Position numbers and translations under genes: made by a program
The notes under the pieces: model-generated
Told to the model about the DNA's origin: nothing
The model's database searches: none
What the model saw: only the letters and a program-made list of their open reading frames with translations
Source: an uncultured Candidatus Rokubacteria bacterium
GTDB lineage: Bacteria; Methylomirabilota; Methylomirabilia; Rokubacteriales; CSP1-6
Assembly: GCA_963789955.1 (NCBI GenBank)
Contig: CAWBMV010000022.1
Coordinates: 256,001 to 320,000 of the forward strand
DNA length: 64,000 nt
Reading direction: 5' to 3'
Shown: piece after piece, positions 21,852-29,950 of the stretch
Layout: each line of letters starts with the position of its first letter
How positions within the stretch are numbered: the first letter of the stretch is position 1

Positions 21852-22412
21852 ATGTTTGATCTCGACCGGTTTAGAGCCGACTGCTGCGCGTCAGTGAACG
21901 AAGGTCAGCAACTGCCGGCGCTACGTGAAGTCGTAGCTCGGGCGGTCGAGGACCCGAGGGCGGTCCTAAAAGTATTGGGCGAGCCCGTTCGGGCCGAGGT
22001 CCAGACGCTCCATCGCGCCGCTGATCTCACAATCCTGAACGTCATCTGGGGGCCGCGGATGACCGTGATGCCGCACAACCACAACATGTGGGCCGTCATC
22101 GGGATCTACACGGGCCGTGAGGACAATATCCTCTGGCGACGGGTGCCGGACGATCCCGGCGGCCGAATCGAGGCCGCGAGCGCCAAGGCAATCAGCGAAC
22201 GCGACGCCCTGCCCTTGGGCCGCGACATCATCCATTCCGTGACCAACCCGATCGGACGCCTGACCGGCGCGATTCACGTGTACGGTGGCGACTTCTTCGG
22301 GGTGCCACGCAGTGAGTGGGATCCGGAGTGGCTTGTCGAACTGCCGTATGACGTGCAAAAGAACCTGCAGTTGTTCGAGGAGAGCAACCGTCTGTACGCG
22401 GCGCGGTCGTGA
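21852..22412 (+). CDS. Cassette 2: cysteine/thiol dioxygenase-like cupin
   Basis: PHNH..WAVIGIY.G.E.N, IIHSV.N, AIHVYG. Confidence 0.8.
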   Translation: MFDLDRFRADCCASVNEGQQLPALREVVARAVEDPRAVLKVLGEPVRAEVQTLHRAADLTILNVIWGPRMTVMPHNHNMWAVIGIYTGREDNILWRRVPDDPGGRIEAASAKAISERDALPLGRDIIHSVTNPIGRLTGAIHVYGGDFFGVPRSEWDPEWLVELPYDVQKNLQLFEESNRLYAARS

Positions 22413-22459
22413 CCGGAGCCCGGCAAGCAACCCATGGACGCGGCTGGTATGCCTTGCCC

Positions 22460-22516
22460 GCATAACTTCGCAGTAGAGCGGACGCGCTTCGAGCGCCGCT
22501 CACCGCGGCGTTAGCC
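22460..22516 (+). repeat. attC site 2
   Basis: GCATAAC...GAGCGG...CCGCTC...GTTAGCC. Confidence 0.9.
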
Positions 22517-22527
22517 AGACGAGTGGC

Positions 22528-23025
22528 ATGGGCGGCCAAGACATCATTCGCACTGTGGAGGCCGCATTCGAGCGCGGCGATCTCCCGCCGGCAGCTGATC
22601 TGACTAACGACCACTGCAACGAGTGCATCGAGACGTATCGCGAGTTCTGGAGCGAGCCACACACCTTCGTGACCTGGCAGGAAGCTGCACGCCGCCAGGG
22701 ATCTTGTGTCGAGGCGGCTTTGCTTGCCGTCGGGGCGTGGCGATACTACTTGCCGACCCTGATCGTCTGGTGCGTACGCGATACCGACAAGGTGGACGCT
22801 CTTGTCGACAACCTCGTCCACGAGTTGACGCCACCGGCTCCTTCGGACAGGGAGTGGTTCGGACCACGCTCGGTTGGCTTTAGCGCCGACCAGCGGAAGG
22901 CAATTACCCATTTTCTCGAGTGGTATCAGGAGAAGGAGAAGGCTGAGTGGGCATCTATCGGCAGAGAGTCGCCTGACGATGCAGCTGATGCCATCCGCTA
23001 CTGGAGCGTGAGCGGAGCTGGCTAA
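22528..23025 (+). CDS. Cassette 3: hypothetical protein (HCxEC...YYLP family, DUF6714-like)
   Basis: ORF fills the cassette; its stop lies in the inverse core GGCTAAC. Confidence 0.75.
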   Translation: MGGQDIIRTVEAAFERGDLPPAADLTNDHCNECIETYREFWSEPHTFVTWQEAARRQGSCVEAALLAVGAWRYYLPTLIVWCVRDTDKVDALVDNLVHELTPPAPSDREWFGPRSVGFSADQRKAITHFLEWYQEKEKAEWASIGRESPDDAADAIRYWSVSGAG

Positions 23026-23082
23026 CACCGCGTTGCAGCGGGACGGGGCTGCGCCCCGCCGCTGAACGCGATAACGTTATGC
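23020..23082 (+). repeat. attC site 3
   Basis: GGCTAAC...GCGTTGCAGCGG...CCGCTGAACGC...GTTATGC. Confidence 0.92.
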
Positions 23083-23109
23083 CTCTTCGCTTTTCGCAAT
23101 GTAAGTTTT

Positions 23110-23616
23110 GTGAGGATCAGGACTCTCGAACCCTCAGATGTGGAGTTGTTCTACTCCTTCAGGCTACGCGGCCTGCGGGAAAACCCGGAGGCGTTCGGCT
23201 CGACCTTCGCCGAGGAGTCCGTCATGCCGGCGGAGGTAAGGCGGGGCCGCTTCCACTGCACGGATGAGAATTTCGTTCTTGGCGCATTCGGAGAAGACGG
23301 TCGGTTAATCGGCGTCGCCGGTTTCTACAGGGAGACGCACCTGAAACTCCGTCACAAGGGGTTCGTCTGGGGCATGTATGTTGCCCCCGAGTTGCGCGGC
23401 AGAGGCGTGGGTAGAGCTTTGCTTACCGCCCTCATCGAGCGCGTCAAACCCCTTCCGGGGTTGGAGCAACTCGGCCTGGACGTGGTGACCGTCAATCAGA
23501 CGGCCCGCGGTCTCTACCTCTCACAAGGGTTTCAGATATATGCGCTGGAACGGGAGGCGATGAAGCAGGACGGTGAGTATTACGATGTCGAGCACATGGT
23601 GCTACGACTTGAGTAA
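23110..23616 (+). CDS. Cassette 4: GNAT N-acetyltransferase
   Basis: WGMYVAPELRGRGVGRAL, N..A..LY...GF. Confidence 0.9.
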   Translation: MRIRTLEPSDVELFYSFRLRGLRENPEAFGSTFAEESVMPAEVRRGRFHCTDENFVLGAFGEDGRLIGVAGFYRETHLKLRHKGFVWGMYVAPELRGRGVGRALLTALIERVKPLPGLEQLGLDVVTVNQTARGLYLSQGFQIYALEREAMKQDGEYYDVEHMVLRLE

Positions 23617-23646
23617 GGTAAGCATGCTGCGCAACACAGCGGCGAG

Positions 23647-23735
23647 GCATAACAACGGCATGCACCCGACCCGCGACACGCCGGCTCTCATGTAAATCAA
23701 TCTTGTGGGCGGGCGGGTGATGCCGGGCGTTAGGC
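23647..23735 (+). repeat. attC site 4 (long terminal loop)
   Basis: GCATAAC...CGGCATGCACCCG...CGGGTGATGCCG...GTTAGGC. Confidence 0.9.
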
Positions 23736-23747
23736 CGGCGAGGGACC

Positions 23748-24551
23748 ATGAGAGATCAGGTTCCCACATATGATCGTGAGCTGCTGTTGGCCGGCACCAA
23801 GCGCAACACGGTCCTGGCGTTGTGGGAAGTGCAACGCTACGGCAGCGACAGCTATGGCGATCGTAACTACGTCTCCATCTATGGGATGGCGCCGGCCGAT
23901 TGGTATGCGAAGGGCGCCCGGGTGCTGGGACGAACAGCGGTCGAATGCACACGCGATGAATTGGGAGATGCGATCGGCAAGGATGTTGCCGTACGTGCCA
24001 CGAAGGGCCCGCCGACGCCCCGAACGCTGGTCCTCGATCCCTTTGCCGGCTCCGGCAACACGCTGTACTGGTTGCTGCGTCACCTGCCGGGTGCGCGCGG
24101 CATAGGGTTCGAGGCAGATGAGCGGGTGTTCCGGCTTACCCAACAGAACATGGCAGCCTTGGCGTTGCCGATCGACATCCTCAACGCTGACTACCGGTCA
24201 GGGCTGGCCGGCCTGTCGGTGGCCCGGGATGATCTGCTCATCGCATTCATCGCTCCGCCATGGGGGGATGCGCTCGGCAAGACTTCCGGCCTAGACTTGC
24301 GGCGTACCACGCCGCCGATCGGCGCGATCGTGGATGTGCTGTTCCATGAGTTCTCGGAGAACTATCTACTCTGCGCGATCCAGGTCTACGAGACCGTGCT
24401 TCCAGCCTCTATGATCGAGTTACGAGCCCGCTTCGACTGGTCGATGCAGCGCGTCTACGAACTGAACGCGCCGGGGTGGAACCATGGACTGCTTCTGGGT
24501 ACCAAGCGCTGGGTGCCGTCGGCCATGCCATGCGTTCGTCAAGCGCCATAG
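23748..24551 (+). CDS. Cassette 5: SAM-dependent methyltransferase-like protein
   Basis: VLDPFAGSGN motif I, GFEAD, FIAPPWG motif IV-like. Confidence 0.75.
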   Translation: MRDQVPTYDRELLLAGTKRNTVLALWEVQRYGSDSYGDRNYVSIYGMAPADWYAKGARVLGRTAVECTRDELGDAIGKDVAVRATKGPPTPRTLVLDPFAGSGNTLYWLLRHLPGARGIGFEADERVFRLTQQNMAALALPIDILNADYRSGLAGLSVARDDLLIAFIAPPWGDALGKTSGLDLRRTTPPIGAIVDVLFHEFSENYLLCAIQVYETVLPASMIELRARFDWSMQRVYELNAPGWNHGLLLGTKRWVPSAMPCVRQAP

Positions 24552-24563
24552 ATGAAGTGGGCG

Positions 24564-24621
24564 GCCTAACTTCGGCATGCAGCCGACGGCCTTCGGCTGC
24601 GGCTGATACCGAGCGTTATGC
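24564..24621 (+). repeat. attC site 5
   Basis: GCCTAAC...ATGCAGCCG...CGGCTGAT...GTTATGC. Confidence 0.92.
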
Positions 24622-24646
24622 GGCCTAGAAACGAGCAGATTGGATC

Positions 24647-25462
24647 GTGACAGCAAGAAAGATCGCGCTGGTCACGGGGGCGTCGTCCGGCTTCGGGCGG
24701 GTCATCGCACGACGACTTCATCACCGCGAATACCGGGTGTTTGGCACGAGCCGGAGCAAAGATGCCGTTACTGACCCCGGCGTTGAGATGCTCACGCTGG
24801 ATGTTCGATCGCAGGACTCAGTGCAGGTATGCGTGAGGACGGTCCTCGATTCTGAGGGGAGAATCGACGTACTGGTGAACAACGCTGGCACCACACACCT
24901 GAGCCTTGCCGAAGAGACCGACGTCGACGAAGCGCGAGCGGTGTTCGAGACCAATTTCTTCGGAATCGTGCGGATGACGAACGCTGTGCTGCCCGTCATG
25001 AGAGCGCGGAAGAGTGGGCGCATTATTAACGTCTGCTCGCTCGCAGGGCTTGTCGCCATACCGGGACAGGCTTTCTATACGGCGAGCAAGTTTGCACTGG
25101 AGGGCTACAGCGAGGCTCTCTGCTACGAGGTTGAGCCGTTCGGTGTCCATGTCTCACTTATCGAGCCGGGGTTCTACAGGACGCGTCTGCACGAAAGCAT
25201 GGGCTTGGAAGCGCGCAGGTTCGGGGATTACGACTGCCTTCGAGAGGCGCTGAACTCCTCGATCGAGCGTAGTTTTGTTGAGGGCGGCGACCCGGCAGAA
25301 GTAGCAGAACTGGTCGTGCGCGTTGCGGGAGCCAAGGCGCCTCGTCTGCGCTACCGAGTGGGAAGCGATGCCCGTTGGGTGCCGGTCTTGAAAGGGCTTT
25401 TGCCGCAGAAAACGTTTGCCATGGGAATGAGGAAACGATTCAACTTGCGGAAGACCACATAA
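24647..25462 (+). CDS. Cassette 6: short-chain dehydrogenase/reductase
   Basis: TGASSGFG, NNAG, YTASK. Confidence 0.92.
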   Translation: MTARKIALVTGASSGFGRVIARRLHHREYRVFGTSRSKDAVTDPGVEMLTLDVRSQDSVQVCVRTVLDSEGRIDVLVNNAGTTHLSLAEETDVDEARAVFETNFFGIVRMTNAVLPVMRARKSGRIINVCSLAGLVAIPGQAFYTASKFALEGYSEALCYEVEPFGVHVSLIEPGFYRTRLHESMGLEARRFGDYDCLREALNSSIERSFVEGGDPAEVAELVVRVAGAKAPRLRYRVGSDARWVPVLKGLLPQKTFAMGMRKRFNLRKTT

Positions 25463-25515
25463 CAACGGCATGCAGCGGACGGCGCGACGCGCGCCGCTGA
25501 TCGCGAGCGTTAGGC
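25457..25515 (+). repeat. attC site 6
   Basis: ACATAAC...ATGCAGCGG...CCGCTGAT...GTTAGGC. Confidence 0.92.
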
Positions 25516-25520
25516 CGCAT

Positions 25521-25988
25521 ATGCCGACCGACAGTGAAGTGCTCGCCGCCATCAACGCCGCCTTTGGCGGTGTGCCGAAGCCAGATCACTTCACGAACTA
25601 CACGCATTGCGAGGAGTGTGCCGAACACGACGAAACGCTGCGCACGCACGATCGCGACACCCTGCTTGTCAGCCATGTTGGCAATCCCGGTTGGGATCCC
25701 TTGTGTTTCACGTCGCCTCATGGCAAGGCGTACTACATGCCCACCTTGGCAAAGTTCGCGCTGGATCCGCCAAGTTCCCAACACGGCTGGTATGGCGACC
25801 AGTTGCTCTTTCATCTGTACGCCGATGGGGCGGAGAACGAGTTCATTCAGTACTGCAACGCGGAGCAACGCCGAGCCGTAGCGGCACTGCTTGCTCACTT
25901 CGTCGAAACCAGAGCCTCAGACGTCGAAGCTCTCACCCGAGAGGATGAACTCTTGCGTGCATATGAGTTCTGGTCCAATGCGGCCTAA
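25521..25988 (+). CDS. Cassette 7: hypothetical protein (HCxEC...YYMP family)
   Basis: ATG 5 nt after the core; stop in inverse core GCCTAAC; cassette ends GTTAGGCCGCAT/ATGCGGCCTAAC are complementary over 12 bp. Confidence 0.8.
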   Translation: MPTDSEVLAAINAAFGGVPKPDHFTNYTHCEECAEHDETLRTHDRDTLLVSHVGNPGWDPLCFTSPHGKAYYMPTLAKFALDPPSSQHGWYGDQLLFHLYADGAENEFIQYCNAEQRRAVAALLAHFVETRASDVEALTREDELLRAYEFWSNAA

Positions 25989-26037
25989 CCCTTCGCTCCA
26001 GCCGGCCTGCGACGGCGGCTGAGCTCAAACGTTAGGC
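25983..26037 (+). repeat. attC site 7
   Basis: GCCTAAC...GCTCCAGCCG...CGGCTGAGC...GTTAGGC. Confidence 0.9.
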
Positions 26038-26147
26038 GTGGGGAGGCGCGGTGATGTGGTCCAGCTGTCGTGGATCAGATCACTGCAATCGAGCCCTTCC
26101 GGGTCGAGATATCGCAAGCCGCACTCGATGCCGAGAGGAGACAAGCC

Positions 26148-26510
26148 ATGTCCTACAGCATATCGACCTTGCTGATCCGCAATCTTCACGACGTCTTCGG
26201 TGAAAACGACCCCGCGCGTCGGCGCGCGGCCATCGACGAGATCTTCACCGAAGATTGCGTGTTCTACGAGCCCAGGGGCGTCCACCGTGGCCGCGACGAG
26301 ATCGATCGCGTCGCGGGCGCGATCAAGGCTACTCACCCTGACTTTCGATATCAGCCAATTGCCGGGCCCGAGGAATTGGGCAATGGCGGGCGGATCCAAT
26401 GGGTATCGGGCCGCCCTGGTGAGGCGCCAGCTTACGCCGGGACTGATTTCATCATTGCCCGGGACGGCCGGATTGCCGCCGTTTATCTCTTTTTCGACAA
26501 GCTACCCTGA
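26148..26510 (+). CDS. SnoaL/NTF2-like protein
   Basis: RBS GAGGAG; VFGEND..RRRAAI..IFTEDC.F, GTDF...RDGRI. Confidence 0.8.
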   Translation: MSYSISTLLIRNLHDVFGENDPARRRAAIDEIFTEDCVFYEPRGVHRGRDEIDRVAGAIKATHPDFRYQPIAGPEELGNGGRIQWVSGRPGEAPAYAGTDFIIARDGRIAAVYLFFDKLP

Positions 26511-26527
26511 GCTGCCGCGATGCCGAA

Positions 26528-26955
26528 GTGCATGACCCGGCGGCTGAAGTGACCGAGCGGACGGTGCTAGAGACGATGATCCGCGCATACGCGGCCTCTT
26601 GGGCTGCTCGCGACCGAGAGGCATGGCTCCGAACGTTCGCGACCGACGCTATTCAGAGGATCCCGTCGGCGTTCCTGTACGCCGAGGGCACCGCGAGATC
26701 GGCGAGTTCTGGGATCGAGAGATGGCCCGGTACCAGTCGATCGAGATCGTCCCGCGTGAGATCTTCGTGAGCGATCATGAGGCAGCGATGGTGTGGACCA
26801 TCAATGGCGTGACCGATGGAGGCCCTGTCTCGTTCGACGGCGTTGACGTGTTCCAATTCGACGATGCAGGCCTTATCAGCAGCGTCCGCGCGTTCTGGGA
26901 GCGCGCCTCGCTTCACCGTCAGCAGCCGGCTTCGCCGCCCGTTACCGGCGGGTGA
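26528..26955 (+). CDS. SnoaL_2/ketosteroid-isomerase-like protein (frameshift near 26655)
   Basis: AW...FA.DA..EDPVG...RG..EI..FW, GVDVF.FDD.G.I...RAFW. Confidence 0.75.
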
Positions 26956-26970
26956 TCGCCGTCGTTCGGC
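26945..26970 (+). repeat. Right arm of a damaged attC with atypical core GTTCGGC
   Basis: GGCGGGTGATCGCCGTCGTTCGGC; the core matches inverse core GCCGAAC at 27911. Confidence 0.6.
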
Positions 26971-26985
26971 GAAAGGAATCGTCAT

Positions 26986-27900
26986 ATGACCGATAACGGA
27001 CCGATCCTCGTCACCGGGGCAGCCGGTCAACTCGGGGCGGTGGGGCGAACGGTGTGCGGCCTGCTCCTCGAGCGCGGGCTCCCGGTTCGCGCCATGGTGC
27101 GCCGCGAAGACGACCGGGCGGCAGCTTTACGGGCCGTCGGGGCGGAGGTGGTGGTCGGAGACCTACTCGAACCGGCCGACGTCTATCGGGTCGTCAGCGG
27201 CTGTCGGCGAGTCTACTTCGGCATGTCCGTGTCTGCCGGGTACCTGGAAGCGACGGTCACCATGGCGGTGGTCGCCCGGGAAGTCGGGGTGGACGCCGTG
27301 GTCAACATGTCGCAGATGACCGTCTCCCAGATGAGCATTCAGAACACCACCTCGAGCGGTCAGCAGCGGCAGCACTGGCTCAGTGAGCAGGCGCTCGCGT
27401 GGTCCGGCCTGCCGGTCGTCACCATCCGACCGACGATGTTCCTGGAGAGCTTTTTCCCTCTGGCCGCTCCGACCGTGCGCGCCCGAGGCCGCATCGAGGT
27501 GCCGTTCGGACGGGGCAAGACCTCTCCGGTTGCGGCGGCTGATGTCGCCCGGGTGGTCGCTGCCGTTCTCGCCGACCCCGGGCCGCATCTGGGCCGGATA
27601 TACGAACTCACCGGTCCGCGGTCACAAGACATGCACGGGGTCGCCCGGGAGTTCTCGGACGCGCTCAACCGTGAGGTCACGTACTCCGACATCCCCGCCG
27701 AGGATTGGGAACGCGGGCTCAAGAAGGTGGGGTTGCCGGAACACCTCACCCGGCATCTCGTGGCGATGGGCGAGTTGCACCGGGCGGGTCGGTATGACCG
27801 GCTGGCGGACGGCGTGGAGCGGGTGACCGGCCGGCCGGCGATCAGCGTCCGCGAATTTGTGTCGCTTCACGCGGATGAGTTCGGCGGTCGTCGATCGTAA
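26986..27900 (+). CDS. NmrA-family NAD(P)-binding protein (cassette)
   Basis: ILVTGAAG, VVGDLL, IRPTMFLE, YELTGP. Confidence 0.88.
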   Translation: MTDNGPILVTGAAGQLGAVGRTVCGLLLERGLPVRAMVRREDDRAAALRAVGAEVVVGDLLEPADVYRVVSGCRRVYFGMSVSAGYLEATVTMAVVAREVGVDAVVNMSQMTVSQMSIQNTTSSGQQRQHWLSEQALAWSGLPVVTIRPTMFLESFFPLAAPTVRARGRIEVPFGRGKTSPVAAADVARVVAAVLADPGPHLGRIYELTGPRSQDMHGVAREFSDALNREVTYSDIPAEDWERGLKKVGLPEHLTRHLVAMGELHRAGRYDRLADGVERVTGRPAISVREFVSLHADEFGGRRS

Positions 27901-27910
27901 GGTCCGCCAT

Positions 27911-27985
27911 GCCGAACAACACGCTGCAGCCGACCGGGGCCGACCTTAACGGCTTTCAAGGGTAGTCGTCTCAGCAAGCGGCGCC
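27911..27985 (+). repeat. Truncated attC (left arm and loop only)
   Basis: GCCGAACAACACGCTGCAGCCGACCGGGGCCG...CGGCGCCG, then runs into the next ORF without L'/R' boxes. Confidence 0.65.
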
Positions 27986-28411
27986 GATTCCGTCCGTGAT
28001 CATGCTCTCTGGCTAGCATGCGCGCGGGCGATCACCGAAGCCGTCGCGGCGGACAATGTCGAGGTGTATGGAGAGGCCCCAAGCGGAGTCGTGAACCGGC
28101 TCCTGCGCAAGCGCGTTGGAATTCCACTTGGTACGCTCGCGGCGTATGCGGCCCAACTGTCGAGCCATGTCGACCCACCCGATTGGGCATTCATCCGGTG
28201 GAAGCGCGATGGCATCCTAGTCGCCGCGGCCATGAGCGAACCGTGGGACCAAGTAGGTGGCCCAGATCTGTATCACGACTCATACACCACGTGTGTATTC
28301 GTGCCACCCTCGGTCTCGCGCGAGTTGGTGGAGCACATTCGTCACAGCGTCGTGCGGGAGGGCGGTCACGTTGAGTCGGTGGTCGACCTTGGGAGCCGCG
28401 GATCGCTGTAA
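27983..28411 (+). pseudogene. 5'-truncated hypothetical cassette gene
   Basis: Frame of ORF 28064..28411 stays open back into the truncated attC; its stop lies in inverse core CTGTAAC. Confidence 0.55.
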
Positions 28412-28465
28412 CAACAGGCTGGAGCGGGCCGGCTTGGAACCGGCCGCTCAGCCTGGACGTTAGGC
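28406..28465 (+). repeat. attC site 8 (intact)
   Basis: CTGTAAC...CAGGCTGGAGCGG...CCGCTCAGCCTG...GTTAGGC. Confidence 0.9.
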
Positions 28466-28482
28466 GCCTTGGAGAGAATCGT

Positions 28483-28855
28483 GTGAACAGGTTGATCGGG
28501 CTTGTGCTGCTCATGCTGGCCGCAGCGCCCGCGCATGCGGCCGAGTTGTCGTCGTCAGCCGAAAGCAGAAATAGATGCGCTTCTGGACAGGCTCGGAACG
28601 TCGAACTGTCAGTTTTATCGCAATGGAAGCTGGCATAGCGGCTCGGAGGCCAGGGACCACTTACAAATGAAGCTCGAGTACTTGGTCAAGAGGGGTCTCA
28701 TCACCGACTCAGAAGAGTTCATAAAAGAAGCGGGCACGAAGAGCAGCATCAGTGGGCAGCCATACAAAGTGCGGTGCCCAAACCAAGCGGAACAGCCCAG
28801 TGCCGTGTGGCTTGGTAGCGAGCTGCGCAAAATCCGGCAGAAGGACAGTAAATGA
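28483..28855 (+). CDS. DUF5329/YfeK-like exported protein (frameshift near 28560)
   Basis: Signal peptide, then EI..LL..L..S.C.F.RNG.W....EA..HL..K, EEFI...G.KSS.SG.PY.V.C. Confidence 0.75.
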
Positions 28856-28937
28856 GATCGGGGCACTCGCGCTTCGCGGGAGCGCCTCTGAACCTGGGCG
28901 CCAGGCGGAGCGGATGAAATATGGCATCCAGTTACTC

Positions 28938-28995
28938 GGTGAACAGCCGGGCGACGCGGACCGGCTGACGCCGGCCGCTCAGCCGCACGCTAGGC
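28938..28995 (+). repeat. Degenerate attC (core mutated to GCTAGGC)
   Basis: GGTGAAC...GCGGACCGGCTGACGCCGGCCGCTCAGCCGCACGCTAGGC. Confidence 0.55.
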
Positions 28996-29196
28996 GAGTA
29001 ACCGAGGCCGCCGGGTGAAAGGCGGACGGGCAATCGTAGCGTCTTCTACTGCTGTGAATTCTCTCGTGCGCGATACATCACCGCGGCCGCGATCGCCGAG
29101 TCCCTGGCCAACTCGAAGCCGTGATGACACCCGATGACAGGAGGCTAGGCGAAGAGCGGCGGAAAGACTGGGCGCTCTGACGAGTGATGTGCGGTC

Positions 29197-29259
29197 GCAT
29201 AGCAACTCACTTCAGCCAACCGGCTTCGGCGGCGGCTGAGTTCGACGCGACCGTTATGT
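29197..29259 (+). repeat. Degenerate attC (inverse core mutated to GCATAGC)
   Basis: GCATAGC...ACTTCAGCC...GGCTGAGT...GTTATGT. Confidence 0.6.
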
Positions 29260-29310
29260 GGACAGAGCGTCGAGGGATCGAGGGCCGGAATGTGGAGAGG
29301 AGGCTTAGCC

Positions 29311-29862
29311 ATGTTCGATGTAGACCGATTCATTGCCGACTGTCGACACGCGGGTGCGGCGAGCGGTTCGCCGGGCGTACTTGAAGCCGTAGCGAGAGCC
29401 GTCGCCACTCCGGCAGCAGTTCTCAAGGCGCTGGGGGAGCCACAACGGGCGGCCGTCCAGGTCCTCCACCGATCGCCTGAAATGACGATCTTTAACCTCA
29501 TCTGGGGACCGCGGATGTGTCAGCTGCCTCATAACCACGGGATGTGGGCCGTCATCGGCATCTACACGGGTCGGGAGGACAACATCTTCTGGCGGCGGGC
29601 CGGAGCTCCCGACAGCCGGATCGAGGCCGCCGGAGCAAGGGCGCTCAGCGCCAGGGAGGCGGTGCCCCTGGGGCCTGACATCATCCACTCCGTGGTCAAT
29701 CCGATCAGGCGCCTGACCGGGGCGATTCACGTGTACGGAGGCGACTTTTTCGCGGTGGATCGCAGCGAATGGGACCCCGAATCCCTTGTGGAAGAACCGT
29801 ACGATGTTGCGAAGACATTCGCGCTGTTCGAGGAATCCAACCGTCTGTACCCACCAGTTTGA
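29311..29862 (+). CDS. Cysteine/thiol dioxygenase-like cupin, paralogue of cassette 2
   Basis: Same motifs and near-identical blocks, e.g. WAVIGIYTGREDNI, RLTGAIHVYGGDFF, LFEESNRLY. Confidence 0.85.
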   Translation: MFDVDRFIADCRHAGAASGSPGVLEAVARAVATPAAVLKALGEPQRAAVQVLHRSPEMTIFNLIWGPRMCQLPHNHGMWAVIGIYTGREDNIFWRRAGAPDSRIEAAGARALSAREAVPLGPDIIHSVVNPIRRLTGAIHVYGGDFFAVDRSEWDPESLVEEPYDVAKTFALFEESNRLYPPV

Positions 29863-29867
29863 CCGGC

Positions 29868-29874
29868 GTTAGGC
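29868..29874 (+). repeat. Isolated core site GTTAGGC (attC largely deleted)
   Basis: CCGGCGTTAGGC begins just after the stop codon, with no hairpin. Confidence 0.45.
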
Positions 29875-29950
29875 GCGGTAGGCCGAACCCAAAGGATGGA
29901 TACCCCATGGGGACTGTACTGATCACTGGCCGGTAGGCCGGAACCAGCAG

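Noticed and set aside
21768..29259. Periodic palindromes as a CRISPR array
   Set aside because: Repeats are non-identical, separated by whole genes and carry attC cores; no cas genes are present
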